Shown: piece after piece, positions 38,901-51,078 of the stretch
How the letters are laid out: each line of letters begins with the position of its first letter
How positions within the stretch are numbered: the first letter of the stretch is position 1
Assembly (NCBI GenBank): GCA_051294905.1
Contig: CM119375.1
Coordinates: forward strand, 15,004,001 to 15,068,000
Length of the DNA stretch: 64,000 bases
Reading direction: 5' to 3'
DNA from: Botryllus schlosseri
Lineage: Eukaryota
Position numbers and translations under genes: made by a program
Notes under the pieces: model-generated
Told to the model about the DNA's origin: nothing
The model's input: the letters and a program-made list of their open reading frames with translations, nothing else
Databases searched by the model: none

Positions 38901-41900
38901 TACAATTACCTTTTCATCATTTGGCATGTACCGTCAAAGTCTTTCCCAACATACAAATATAACCTAAGGCCATTCCGAGAAACTGTACAGAGTGTACACT
39001 GTCTAGCAAGTGCCAACAGGATTTAGGAAGTTTTTCCATATTACCATCAGTTACTATAAGCGCTATATGACAGAGAGAAAGAATTCATATTGCGCATCGC
39101 AGATATTTTCATGACGCCTGAAATTCAGATGCAACACACCATGTCTATCCTGCGTTTCGAATGCATACAAAATTTGCAAACACTCGGAAATGCCAATTGT
39201 TACCATACGTTACATCGAATACGATAAAGGCACCTACTTCAGAAGCTCGTCGATCTTGGCTAGCGTTTCGTCGTTTTTGTCTTCCTGCATGATTAGAAAA
39301 ACCGCACACAAATACGCGTAGATACATTTCGACCAGTTGCTTTCCGCCCTGCAATCAGCAGGCAAAACACAGAGTTAACAGCAGAAATGTTTTTCGATTT
39401 TGTCACGCGGTAACTCACGCAGTATAGACCTTAGGAAAGAGATTGATTTGTACAACCTGTACACCTTGGAAAATGGCAGATTGTAGTGCACCGTAGTCAT
39501 AAGGCTAGAGATACCACAGTACCAGCATAGAATGGTATTCGCACCTAATCGTGGTGTCATTGGTCATTGCGTTATCTGCCATGATCCGTCCTGCAATTTT
39601 GGACGCTTCTTCGATGTACCCCCGAGATTGAACATATCAAAATTTATAAACAGAAAAATAATTCTTTTTTCGTTTTGGGTACGCAATATTAGGGTTATAA
39701 GTGGGTTAGGGTTATGGTTGGGGTATCCCGATATTAGGGTTGTGGGTGAGAGATATTAGGTTTGTGGGTGAGATATATTAGGCTTAGGGGATGACAGATA
39801 TAAGGGTTGTGTGAATGACGTATATTAGGGTTAGGGGTGATAAAATCCCAGATCTAGCGTCCAAAACCCCCGACCCTAACATCCGCCATAATCCAACCCT
39901 AATATCCCCCACTCAAAACCCTAATATCCCTCCCCAACAACCCTAATATCTCACACTCACAACTCTAATATCCCTCCCCAACAACCCTAATATCTCCCAC
40001 TCACAACTCTAATATCCCTCCCCAACAACCCTAATATCTCCCACCCACAACCCTAATATTAGGATACCCAAACCGAAACCCTAACCCTAATATCCAGCAC
40101 CCACAACTCCAATTCCATCCCAATCCCAACACGAATAAGAATTTATTTTTCCGTTTATAAATTTTGATCTCGAGGGTATATCGAAGAAGCGCCCAATTTT
40201 GAATGTACCCCATCCGATGAATGGCTAAACCCCGTGACCCCTCGACCAAATCTACCGGTCCGGACTGCTCACTTGCATACTTTTCTGATCATCATATTCT
40301 ACTCCCAATTGAAGAAGTTTTTGAAGTCGCTGCTACTTGTAATTGAGTAGAGATTTTCGGCTTCACTTTCACATCAACTAGAGCAGTGGTTCTCAACCCC
40401 CGGTCTGTGACGAGTTTTCAGCTGGTTCCCCAAATATAGGCCTATTCGACATTTATGTCCCAGTTCCAAAATGCATGAAGTTGGACGCTTGCTTGTCATC
40501 AATTTGAGAAATGAAACTTAGAATTTTGAATAGATTTTGAAATTTTAGACATATGTTTCCGCATTTTGTAATAATATAGAGTTCAGAGTCTGCTTTAGAC
40601 TAAACGTGCGCCACAATGCTGCTGCAAGTGTTGTATATCTGTACGACAATGATTAAAAGTAGTCTGCAACTCGTTTAGGAACAGTTAATATGCGAAAGCT
40701 AGAAGACGTTTGAACAAAGTTCATTAAATTTCGACGCTCCAATTTAGCAGTAGAATATAGGCTACAAAACAGCAAACTTGTATTCCTTTCAAAATAAACA
40801 GAGCAATCCAACTCAAGTTAGTGTTTTTTAACACCGCTTTTCCCAGCAGAAACTTCAACAGAACCAAGTATAACGTGTCTAATATCGAAAGGCAGCATTA
40901 AATGAAGTTTCCAACATTTACTTTTTAGTTATTTTTCATTATTGAAGGTGTGCGAGTCCGCAGCATTTATTTTGATGTTTACCATTCCGTGAGATCAAAA
41001 AGGTTGAGAATCCCTATACTAGAGTACTACAAGTGACTAATGACCACCAGTGCGAGTACTCCTACAGCTGCACTGAAAAGTCTGCAGAGCTTTGCAAATT
41101 ACAGAAATCAACCGCATAATGATAGCATGATACATGATACAATCTCAAACTACCACAAGCCAATCAAACCAATCAGTAGTTCGAACATAATACACGAATC
41201 AATACATATTATCACAGGGGTATTGCCATTGATTTCATACCGTAGTAATTGCGCACACTCATACGCTTTTTCCCAATCCAGCTTGAAAGCATGACACCAC
41301 ATCAGCTCCCAGTAGCAGATATGAGAGAAGTTTTTCCATTCGGTTTGCGTCTTGCTGGATTTTTCCAGCCACGTCACGGCCTGCGAAACGCAATCATAAA
41401 AAATCCTGCCAATAATTTCCAAGAGGCCCGCCGTCATACCTCTGTGAAATTCCCTCTGATTTCCTCTAATTTTCCCTTGAACATGAGAAAATAGACGCCA
41501 TTCGGATATATTTTGAGCATCCTATCGACGAGAACGGACGCGACCTCGAGGTCTTCGTCGTGAGCAGCTGAAAGAAAAATAAAGCGGCATGACGGCTGAC
41601 ATGCATATCATCATTCTGGACGAGCACAATGAATCCAAATCCCACTATAAATTGTAATGTAATGTAATTCGAGTCAGGTGAAGTCGTGATTAATCAACAG
41701 CACCGACGCAAAGTGCAATGAAATAGGTACCGGTATGGTCAAAAAACCAAATCTTTGACTCATCCCCTCAAGTTGGATGTGAAGCAAACTAAGGCCATAT
41801 ATTCCGCCATCGGCAAGCATAAGTGGATAATCCGGCTTGTGCGAAAAATTATCAAGACGACAGATTTCGCGTCGTCGGAAGGGGGCGTTCACGCTTTCAT

Positions 41901-44900
41901 ATGTGTGTCATGAAGTCGACTTTTATCAAAATACACCAGCCAAGGCCGTGTCAACAAAAGGAGTTCGTGCACCATCTAAAAATAGTACATTGAACACTCT
42001 CTTATTCAAAATTTCATGCTGGTGACGTCATATTTTGTGAGACGATTGTTGATATGCTATGTTCTTTCCAATTCTCTACTAGTTGCTGACAATTACCCCT
42101 GACGAGTGTAAGCCGAAAATATTCGAGCTCATTTCAATACGAATATACCATTCAATTGTACATTGAAGTTTTGTACCGCCAAGAAGAGAAGAGAACTGGC
42201 ATTATTTCCTTTGTGCTCACATAAAAGGTATATATTTGAACTTTCCACATTATCCATACTGTTACAAATCAATAATAAATGATACTCGAATACTCAATGC
42301 CTCACACTCGATTCAAAATCGAATCATTAGGGACTTGGGGCGAACCTACTCGATTTTTCTTAGCTCTAATTATGTTTGACACCAATTTATAACAAACTTT
42401 GTGAGAAAGTCAATGGCTATCGACTCAAATTGAAGCTGAGGCAAGGTTGTTATAGACCAGGGGTCACCAACCCGGTGCCCGCGGGCACCAGGTAGCCCGC
42501 GAGGACTAGATGAGTAGCCCGCGAGCCCATTCTAAAAATAGGTGGAATAGCAGCATTTACCAATATTCGTCAGATTATTACTCGTGAGCTATTAAATCTA
42601 TAGATTTATTTATTCAGCTCTTCTTGTTTAAAACACACTAACATGTAACTTACATATATAAACACTTGAAAATATTTTCAATTAGAATTAGTAATATATA
42701 GATGTATATATGTGATAGAATCACCAGAAACTCAAGATACGGCGCATTGCCTATAAAGGTGACATGACGGAATGCCGTCCACAGTCTTCTTGAATTGGTG
42801 GGGGGTTCCGTTATGATAGCTCGACGATCAGGACAATGCCAAATTAGTAAACAATATTACTATTCGAAGTCAGATAACCGTGAAGTAATAGCAGATTTTC
42901 AATATCTGTATACCCAATACGTATTGCATCTTTTGGCACAGCTTGTTTCTGTTACACTCAACGCAGTTTAATATACCATGTTTCTAGCGTTCTGTAATCG
43001 TTGCTGCTGTCCGGTATAATGATATCTTTTCATTTCTGGATGCTGAACAGTTGGAGATTGAAATTGTAACACTGCAAAATGAGACCCACCTAAGTCTGCA
43101 GCAAACGTTTGGTGCATTGTTGATACGGAAAAGTAGAGTGGTGTATGCGCAGCAGCTATGAAGGCTGCAAGCGTCTATGGTTCAACTTATCGTTGTGAAT
43201 CAGCCTTTTCGGACATGAACTTCATCAAAAACAAACACAAAACACCATTAGGCCTAATTAATGCACATCTGGTACACTCACTCAGAATTCCAGTGTCAAG
43301 TTAAATACCAGAGTACAGCGCACTAGTTGATATCATAGAATGCCAGGCTTCCCACTGACTGCTATAGAAACAGATAACATGATGTCCAGTCCTGCCCAGT
43401 GCTATGAATATCAAAGCGGAAATTCAGTGTGTTGTGGGTGAACGGCGGGAGTAAATGGTAGCCCGCCGCTTCAATCATTACCCAAAAGTAGCCCTGGTTG
43501 GTGACCCCTGTTATAGACTGTCTCCCTCCAGAGATAGGTTATGAGGAGCATTATTTTATTGTGTCAATGTATATTTAATATTATTGTACCGACTCGGAGA
43601 TTGAGACGTGGCGTGACGCAAATGAAATGCAAGATTCGGTTATGAAAATATTTAATTTGAAAATCCGGGAACGATAATGAAAACATCTAATCTAATCATA
43701 AGATTCGCGATCAGCAGCATGGATTTAACCAGAAATAAATTTTACATGAATTCCGATAAAGCAATGCCAATTGAATGACTCAAACGTAGATTAAAATGCC
43801 ATCGACACAGCAACAGGCGCCACCAAGCCAGAACATTACTTATGCTGTATTGCTGAAGAAAGCTCTGCGCGGTCAGATCAATAATTCAGAAGAAAAGGTG
43901 TGACAGTATAGTAGGAAATAGGAATGATGGGACACTTGCACATTTCAACATAACATTCGAAAAGTTAAATTTTAGAAAATATTTTATCATTAAAAGACCA
44001 GTGTACATACAATTACCATTGACAGACCTCTAAAATTACTAAGCTTATTAATGGCCAAGTCTCCTGGTGTTGTAGTGGTAGATTGCTATCTCAGCGATTT
44101 AGTATATAAATTTCCATAGTCATGTGGGGAAGCTGCTTAATAGTCTCAGACAAACACACCCATTAGCCATGACTTGCATAATATCTAGTCTGCAGGATGT
44201 AGCAAACCAAGATAGATGCATATTACGGTATAATGTGAAACTAAAAGGCAGTATCAACGATTGCCACACGATTGTACATTGCCGGTGACACTGTAACACG
44301 GTTATCACGTCCAAACATGAAACCAATATCCTATAATTAAACCCTGATATCTAGAGCAAATAGGACAACGCAGCAGATTATGAAGAGACCGTGAAAAAAT
44401 TCGTAATACCAAAGGAGGGATGATAGTTAAGTGACGCCAAAATGCTAACCACACAAAAGGAAATTGTGTCTTCTTTCAATTACTATTCTGAGTGATAACA
44501 ATACTGTCAAAGGATATCATGGAAGAAGATAATATAGGTACAGCAACAATACCGCAGTGAAAAGTCAAGCCTAAATGAATGTAGCTCGGTATAAATTAAC
44601 CTTGCGCCGTTAGCTAACAATCGGAGACCTTACTTGGTGAAACATTAACAAATTGGATCTAAAACAAACTCGTTATTTGCAGCCATTCATAGCATGCTGA
44701 AATTTAACGGGCAATTAGAAATTCATTTTGTTGTCAGTGACCGTCATCACACGCTATGTTCAAACCATAAATACAGGTTATTAAAACAGGCAGTACTCCA
44801 AGGCAGTGGCTGCCCCCATGCCAACATATTCATGCAACCTAATCCAATCCTGTTTACTTGCCAACGTAATGTTATACATAGAAAATTTGACACAAGGTTC

Positions 44901-47900
44901 AACAATTCTAACATAAGCAATCAAATCCAGTCCCATCAATCGACAACTAGGTTAAGGGAAGAAAATTTGACATGCCAAACCGTTTTTCAACTTAGATACA
45001 GGGTGAAGAAAGAGCACTCTTTAGGCACAACTAGGTATGAAGTTGCAGCTTAGCTCGAAGCAAATAGACCACAGAAACAGTTATGTATCTGGAATGACGC
45101 CGGGATGCCCGACGGGATCGAGAAACAAAACAAAATGAATTCCTCGCGTACAGGGCGACAATTTACCGGATACAACAGATGAACACTGTAATAAAAGTAG
45201 TTGCCGAAACAACTCCGCAAAGCATTACAAGTCGAGACAACCCTATTTGACTGTTCAGTAAATGACCTTTTCGATAGAAACAACGGCTGCCAGTGAATTC
45301 GGCCCTTGATGAATTTGGCATTAAAAATGTAGTAAGTATTGTTATTATGAAAGCGTTGCATCACTATTTTATTAATTAATTCTAATACGAATGCTTCACT
45401 GAATGTAAGCGTGAATTGTGATGTACCAGTATGGCACTTGGTGCATCGGCATTCCGTAATTCGTATGTATGTATTCCTATTAGGGGATAGGAGGAAAGGA
45501 CGTAGTTTATTTTTGTCCTTGATGTTTTTGCGGCATATACACCGACTCATGATACACATACACACGATCTGTGCATATGCATACCATGAGTGCATGATGT
45601 GCATATGCCGCTGGACAAGGAAGTGCAGATATAGCCTTTACGGCTTTCTAAGGCATGCACCACCCCTCCATGCTATCCCAGTAATGCATGAGCGCCAAGC
45701 AGGGAAGTCATTGATACCAGTGTTACTAATCAGATCTTTGGTCTGATCCGGCCGGGAATCGAACCCACGACCTACCGATCAAGAAGCCGGACGCTTCACC
45801 ATTACGCTACCTTGTTGGTATAGCCATAGGTTAGCGTTACAGTTCGGCTAGGGTTACGATTAAGGGCCGCCAAGTACCGAATTCATTTCTAACCACGACA
45901 ACACATTATCCCAGCCAAATAGTGTACTATATCATACCGGTCTGCTGGGCAATAAAAAGATGATAAGCGAGCAGGTACAGCGCTCCCAAATCGCTCCGCA
46001 AGTTGTCCAACTGATAAGCCTTGTCCAGCTGCACGAAACCTTCTTTCTTGTTAGTCACGAATCCCACCCATTCCAACAGCGACAGCACCCGCGGCGGTAA
46101 GACGGACATATACTGTAACGAGCGGGCGAACATTGGTAACTTCTACAGCGCGCACGCAACACAGAGCACACGTACCACGTTGAACGCCCCGCATCCGAGG
46201 TAGATGCCGCCGGCGAAATGAGTCAGCATTTCGTCGGCGCCCCAATCGATTTTCTTCAGTATCTTGTGACAAGAGTTGTAAGTCTGGTAAGACTGTCGTA
46301 TCTTCATGCCGCCTTTTATAAAATTGATGAGATTTTCGTCCTGAAATGCAAGCGACAGCGGAGTTGGCGACAATCGCATCCATTGCAGTGTTTCCCGGGA
46401 TGATTAGAGACATCTGCTGTCAGCAACAAAGAGCCATAGTGTAAAATCACCATCGAGCATCTCAAAGATGTGGACGTTGCTCAAGTGTCTGGAAACACGC
46501 ATTTGTCACATAGGGCTGTGCAGTGTACTTACAATATCGAGTGTCAGACCAATTCGATTCCGAATTTAATATTACGCGTCAAGCCTAGTAGAGTATTCGA
46601 GTGCCCATTCATTACGACATCATATATAGTAGGAATAAATCACGATGTTCAAATTCGTACCTATCACACAATCAGATTGAAAACAATGCCAGTTACATGT
46701 ACCAAAATAAATATTATCATATTTGTACGCTACACCTATGACTTTAGCGCTTCAGTACAATGTCGCTACACAAGAAGGACCATTTTTAGGAACATGGGTG
46801 CCACCCAAACTACATGATTTTGATACTGTGATAAAAGTCAATCGTGGTTTCACGTCCTCTGTGATGGTAAGACAGTGTCAAATGGTAATCCCTGGTAATC
46901 ATCAAATGATTTCTCGTCATGAAGTGAGCTTGGTTTCGGTATTCAACTCTTAAGATTCGACAATGTGAAATTTTACGCATGCGGATAAGTTTTTATGAAG
47001 CAAGATACAGCCTACTTTCAATGAAACCAGAATCCACATAAAATCCGTATTTGCTATCATTATTTTCATGCATGCCTGCATTATTCCAACATCAGTGCCA
47101 TTGATGCCAGTCTAACCGGCACAGTACATTGAAAATTGCTTTCAACTATGCTTTTAAGTCATAAGATGAGTTGAAATCACTTCATAATTCAGCCATAACC
47201 ATGTCAGTCTTTGATTATTTCGTCATTGAGTTACTTGCATTTGCTAGCAACAAACAACACACTGAGGAAATAGAGCTGGTCATTCGGGTGAGGCATAGTA
47301 GAGATTAGAACAACTCTAAAACACACAATGAAAGGATCTTCAATTATTGAAAACTATCATACGAATCAATGTCCACAAAACAGAGGAAAAAATAAGTCAA
47401 AATTACAAGTTGAAATTTCAACGGAATTCATAATTTTGGCGGCAATGTTTGGAATCAGAAATTTGACGTGAAAAGATGTACCGCGTCTGAGGATAATTTG
47501 GCAAATAGCAAACTCTAAAGTCTAAGCACCGGAAACAGTGGACTAACAAGGGTCAACGAAAAAATTGCCAACAAAACTTCATTCGTTAAAGGATCGATTA
47601 CCTGGATGACAGTCAACGTAGACCGGAAAAATAGACATTCGGCAAATATAAGCTCTGAGTGAAGCTCCTCTAGAACAACAAGTCGCGCATGAAATGTTGA
47701 CACTCGTTGGAAAAGTCAAAAGCCTGCTACCTTCGGTCAGTTCAGCAGACTCTGTCAAACCAAGCGCCTTTCCAATGCTGGTGGTAATAGCTTCTTTTCT
47801 TCGGTACCTGCAACATATTTACAAATGAAAAACGAACCAGATACAGCAATTGAACAATATATTTTGTGAATGATTGGAGAGTAGATATATGGAAGCATTT

Positions 47901-50900
47901 AAACTTGCGACTTGCAGGCACCACCACAATACCATACATGGAGTTGTTAATTAAGGCGATTTCCAAAATAGTTTTCTGTAGTTCATAGGAATCATTACGC
48001 CCGGTTTATTATCACGGCGGCCCCATAGCCTAATTTGTAGCAGAGTTACCCCTTCCAGGTTGGTAAAGCCCCCAGAGAACCACTGGTTTACACCGATTCA
48101 CTCACCAAATCGATACATGAGCAAATCAAATGAATTAATTCTCAAAAGGATAATTCAAAAAATATTTTCACGGCCATCATCACACAATCGCACAAAAGGA
48201 AATCAATGTACCAGTGACGTTTTCCTGAATTTCACGATTAAGGTCAGACCGGAACTGTTAGGAGCAGCATTAATTCCTAAATTATTCATCGATTCCATGA
48301 ATATTGACGATGCTGCTCACAAAAGCATTCCGTAGTTTAGAAGAAAAATTTTGACATTACGTCAAAAACAACGACAGCATCAGAATGCACTTGAAAATCA
48401 TAGACATCGGGCCGTTGCATAATTGGGAAACGAGTCTGATAAGTCGTACTTTTGAAGCAATGATGATGTCTCCTTTAAGCTTTGCATGGCCGCTGCGATG
48501 TCATCCTGAAATATAAACTGAATGCTAAGTTTTCATTTTAGAACACTCAATTGCTTACGTCAAGATGTGGAGCGGGAAGTCAGAATACTTCAGTCACGGA
48601 ATATGATTATATTATTATATTTAAAATTCATTTCAACTGAGATGAGGGTGGGAGATCAGAATAGTTGATCTGGCTGACCTTTTGTCAGTATGTCTACCAT
48701 AACCAACACTAAGAAAATACTAGTTCAGCTGCAATCTGGTCATGAAATTTATGGGGATCAGACAAATACTGCCTCCAGCTCCGGCTATCACGCAAGCTCA
48801 TCATCCCAACAATCAAACGGTGGAGAATCGAAAAGTTTTGAAGGTATATGCTGCCACGCAGTATTACACAATTTCGGTGCAATTATAAATATGCTGCATG
48901 CTGCAGCTAAACACACTGATGAAATTTGAGAGAACCCTTGTTTGTTTTGTCTACGAGTTTTCAAGCTCAACACAGTGATTGCTTTGTACCAACACGAGGC
49001 AAAAAATATCATCCCCACTACATTGACTGCCCAGTTGTTGAAATACTGTCATCATAATTTCTCCTGCATACATAGTGTGATTTGACTACCGTACCATAAA
49101 CTCATAAATAAATCCATACCAAAAGTAGGCTGCTGTGCCTAATGGGAATATAGGCTAATGATATTTCACAACAATTGGGTCACTCACAGCCTCAAATGTC
49201 ATCAACGCCTCCAAAAACTTTATTACAGCAGTTCCATGGGTGCTATATAAATTCTTCCCATATCTGAAATATAGAAAAGATGATGGAAACAATTTACTGT
49301 TCAAGTGGCGACAGTTCAGCTTGAAATCATATGGTGATCTAGTAAATGGACTGCATCAAGCAGCATTTGAGAGCCAATGCAGTATCCCAGGTTAAAAGTT
49401 TAGCTGCACGGTTTAACAAAAACTGATTAGCCAATTGAACTGATTCCAATGAAAAATCTTTTATGATCACAAAAGACACAACATCACACAAAATGTTACA
49501 GAAATATAAAATATTTCAACAACCATAGTCTGCCAAAACTCAAGTACTGTTACCTTGTCAATAATACTTTTACTACTTCCACTAATTGCTCAAGTAATTT
49601 TACATTGATAGCATCCTTGCTACGACAACTTATTTGGGACAAAGTAAAGTATGAATTCCTATTTCAATGAATTGATCGCCCCTGAAATTATCATAATAAA
49701 CCATGTCTACATCCCCCTTATAGAATCTAGGTTTGAAATTCGCCGTGCCATATGTACTGTAATCATACACACACACACCCACACACAATACTTTCGAGAA
49801 TACACATCTATGCAGCACTGTTCGGTCTTCCGCAGAAATTATGACATAAAGAAATCTCAATTTCAAGAGTAAAATATGCAACATGCAGTCTTAAACCGCT
49901 GGTTATGTCTGTCTGTCATAACCAGTTCCGTACATTTCAAGGCACCCATTCTTCATTTGTATTGAATTAGTTTCGCAGAGTAGAGAAACTCAATGTTTCT
50001 ACTTGAACTTGAGTTGAGTCGAATCGAAGTAATTTCAGTGTGAGAGAGTCAGTCGAATAGCTTGGAATATATTTGGTAAGGTAATATGAACATATCCATT
50101 ATCCATATATGTATATATCTATATTGCTACGATATTGAAGTTTTGTGCTGCACAGATGAATTTTAGATAAGTATGTGTATCCGACCAGCCCTCCACAGTG
50201 TTGCTACACTTTTGGCCAATGGATTTTAATCAAAATTTACATATAATTATAGTAGTATTATTAAAGATAAAAATATACATGATATAATTATGGCAATAGT
50301 TCTAATAACCATTAGGGCTCAATATATTTTAGTTCACATGAGCCACGCTCATTCCTCATACAGGATATCTGAAGTTTGTATTCAACATTATGCTCACTCC
50401 TTAGAAAGTAGCTCTTTTGCTTGACTAAACTCATTGCTCAAGAATAGATGAAGAGCTTTTCTTGCAAGTTCAATGCCTTTTTTAATCTCCGTGTCACCTT
50501 CGGCATGACGAATCTTCAGGTCAACCAAGGCATCCTCAAACTGAAAAGAAATAGTTTGAGGTCAAGCTAAAGCCCACTCCCATTTGGATTTGCCATATCA
50601 GTATGATTAGCATGCCACCATTAACTGTGTCATTTTGTATCTGAAAGTATCGACTTCCATTTGAACTGTATACCAATGACGTTATCTCATAAACCCACGT
50701 TCTCATGATTTTGATTTGTAAGTATTGACAGCTAGCGAGCAGTGACAACATGACAACACTAACACAGAGCAATCCTAGCCCGTACCTTGTTTGTTTGAAT
50801 ACCGGTACCTGTTATCCTGGTAATTTCCTGCACACTGGACATGGACAATGGACATAGACAGTGACCTCAATGACTGCTCAAAAAAGTAGGCACCAGGATC

Positions 50901-51078
50901 CTATTTGTGAGCGTTGTATCATATGACATTACTACTGCGACGGTGTTGGATTGTGGCGCGGATTCAGAAAATAATTTGGTTCGTGATAAAAAATACATTA
51001 ACTGCAAAGGATGCAGTGGAATCATACCTCATCATCAGATGTCTTGTCAACTGCGCAATCTGCATCTTCGCTGCTCAT
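32966..51078 (-). CDS. TTC39: Tetratricopeptide repeat protein 39 (TTC39A/B-like), complete, about 618 aa. Coding exons: 51078-51028, 50540-50398, 49263-49188, 48505-48450, 47807-47731, 47669-47602, 46340-46176, 46112-45938, 41567-41440, 41380-41241, 39348-39238, 38456-38339, 37131-37002, 36924-36786, 35872-35756, 33128-32966
   Basis: 16 GT-AG exons with consistent phases, total 1857 nt. Family motifs: FEDA, ALHLFLSNEF, EELHSELIFAECL, DENLINFIKGGMKIR, LPPRVLSLLEWVGF, HICYWELMWCH, ESNWSK, KQRIAGKSIPMEKF, EMLYVWNG, DHYVTPF, YSHESKLHFRMH. Confidence 0.95.
33185..33490 (+). mobile_element. tRNA-derived SINE, MetaSINE-like (degenerate head)
   Basis: ggccgggtcaaaccaaagac...gacttcccggcttgccgctcagcatt central domain. 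Tail catgagtcggtgtctatgccgcgaaacatcgcggacaaaaataaac is shared with the copy at 45475-45812. Confidence 0.7.
33548..34806. mobile_element. TAGGGCAA-TIR hAT-type MITE (GTTGCAAAAA subrepeats) interrupted by a nested element, in the last TTC39 intron
   Basis: Termini tagggcaagttttt / aaaaaagttgcccta. TSD CTGATAAC / CTGATAAT. Confidence 0.8.
33564..34471. mobile_element. CAGTGTTGGGAT family hAT element (copy 2, 908 bp, inverted relative to copy 1)
   Basis: TIR cagtgttgggat / atcccaacactg. Perfect TSD GTTTTTGC. Confidence 0.92.
35098..35530. mobile_element. Truncated copy of the 7613-8179 hAT family
   Basis: Starts cagggttgtaaccaagtcacaagg...caagtcaatctcacttttatagttttgact, collinear with 7613 onward. 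Confidence 0.8.
39595..40200. mobile_element. Foldback-type element: long imperfect inverted repeat whose arms contain 22-23 bp telomere-like subrepeats (GATATTAGGGTT...)
   Basis: Left arm aattttggacgcttcttcgatgtaccc..atcaaaatttataaacagaaaaataa mirrors right arm ttatttttccgtttataaattttgat..gggtatatcgaagaagcgcccaatttt. About 5 G-rich units on the left and 8 C-rich units on the right. Confidence 0.8.
40384..41016. mobile_element. Charlie/Buster-like hAT MITE, 633 bp
   Basis: Termini cagtggttctcaac / gttgagaatcccta. TSD AACTAGAG / TACTAGAG (central TA). Confidence 0.75.
42458..43510 (+). mobile_element. Internally deleted Buster/Charlie-type hAT transposon with a transposase C-terminal remnant (about 43030-43360)
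   Basis: TIR caggggtcaccaac / gttggtgacccctg. Perfect TSD TTATAGAC. Remnant VYGSTYRCESAFSDMNFIKNKH...HLVHSLRIPVSS*IPEYSALVDIIECQASH* matches the hAT dimerisation domain and the QxSH end. Confidence 0.92.
45475..45812 (-). mobile_element. tRNA-derived SINE, MetaSINE-like, intact Pol III boxes
   Basis: A box TAGCGTAATGG (45809-45799), B box GGTTCGATTCC (45765-45755), then ggccggatcagaccaaagat...cttccctgcttggcgctca central domain and the shared tail. Confidence 0.8.

Noticed and set aside
39700-40095. True or interstitial telomere
   Set aside because: The units are 22-23 bp with a single TTAGGG core, arranged as an inverted pair within an intron. This is not a (TTAGGG)n array.
45745-45812. tRNA gene
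   Set aside because: It has A/B boxes but no complete cloverleaf or acceptor stem, and it runs into a SINE body shared with 33185-33490.
50786-50842. Alternative TTC39 first exon MSSVQEITRITGTGIQTNK
   Set aside because: It is phase-compatible, but 51078-51028 (MSSEDAD...SDDE|FEDA) matches the family's acidic N-terminus and has a better donor. It cannot be excluded as a minor isoform.
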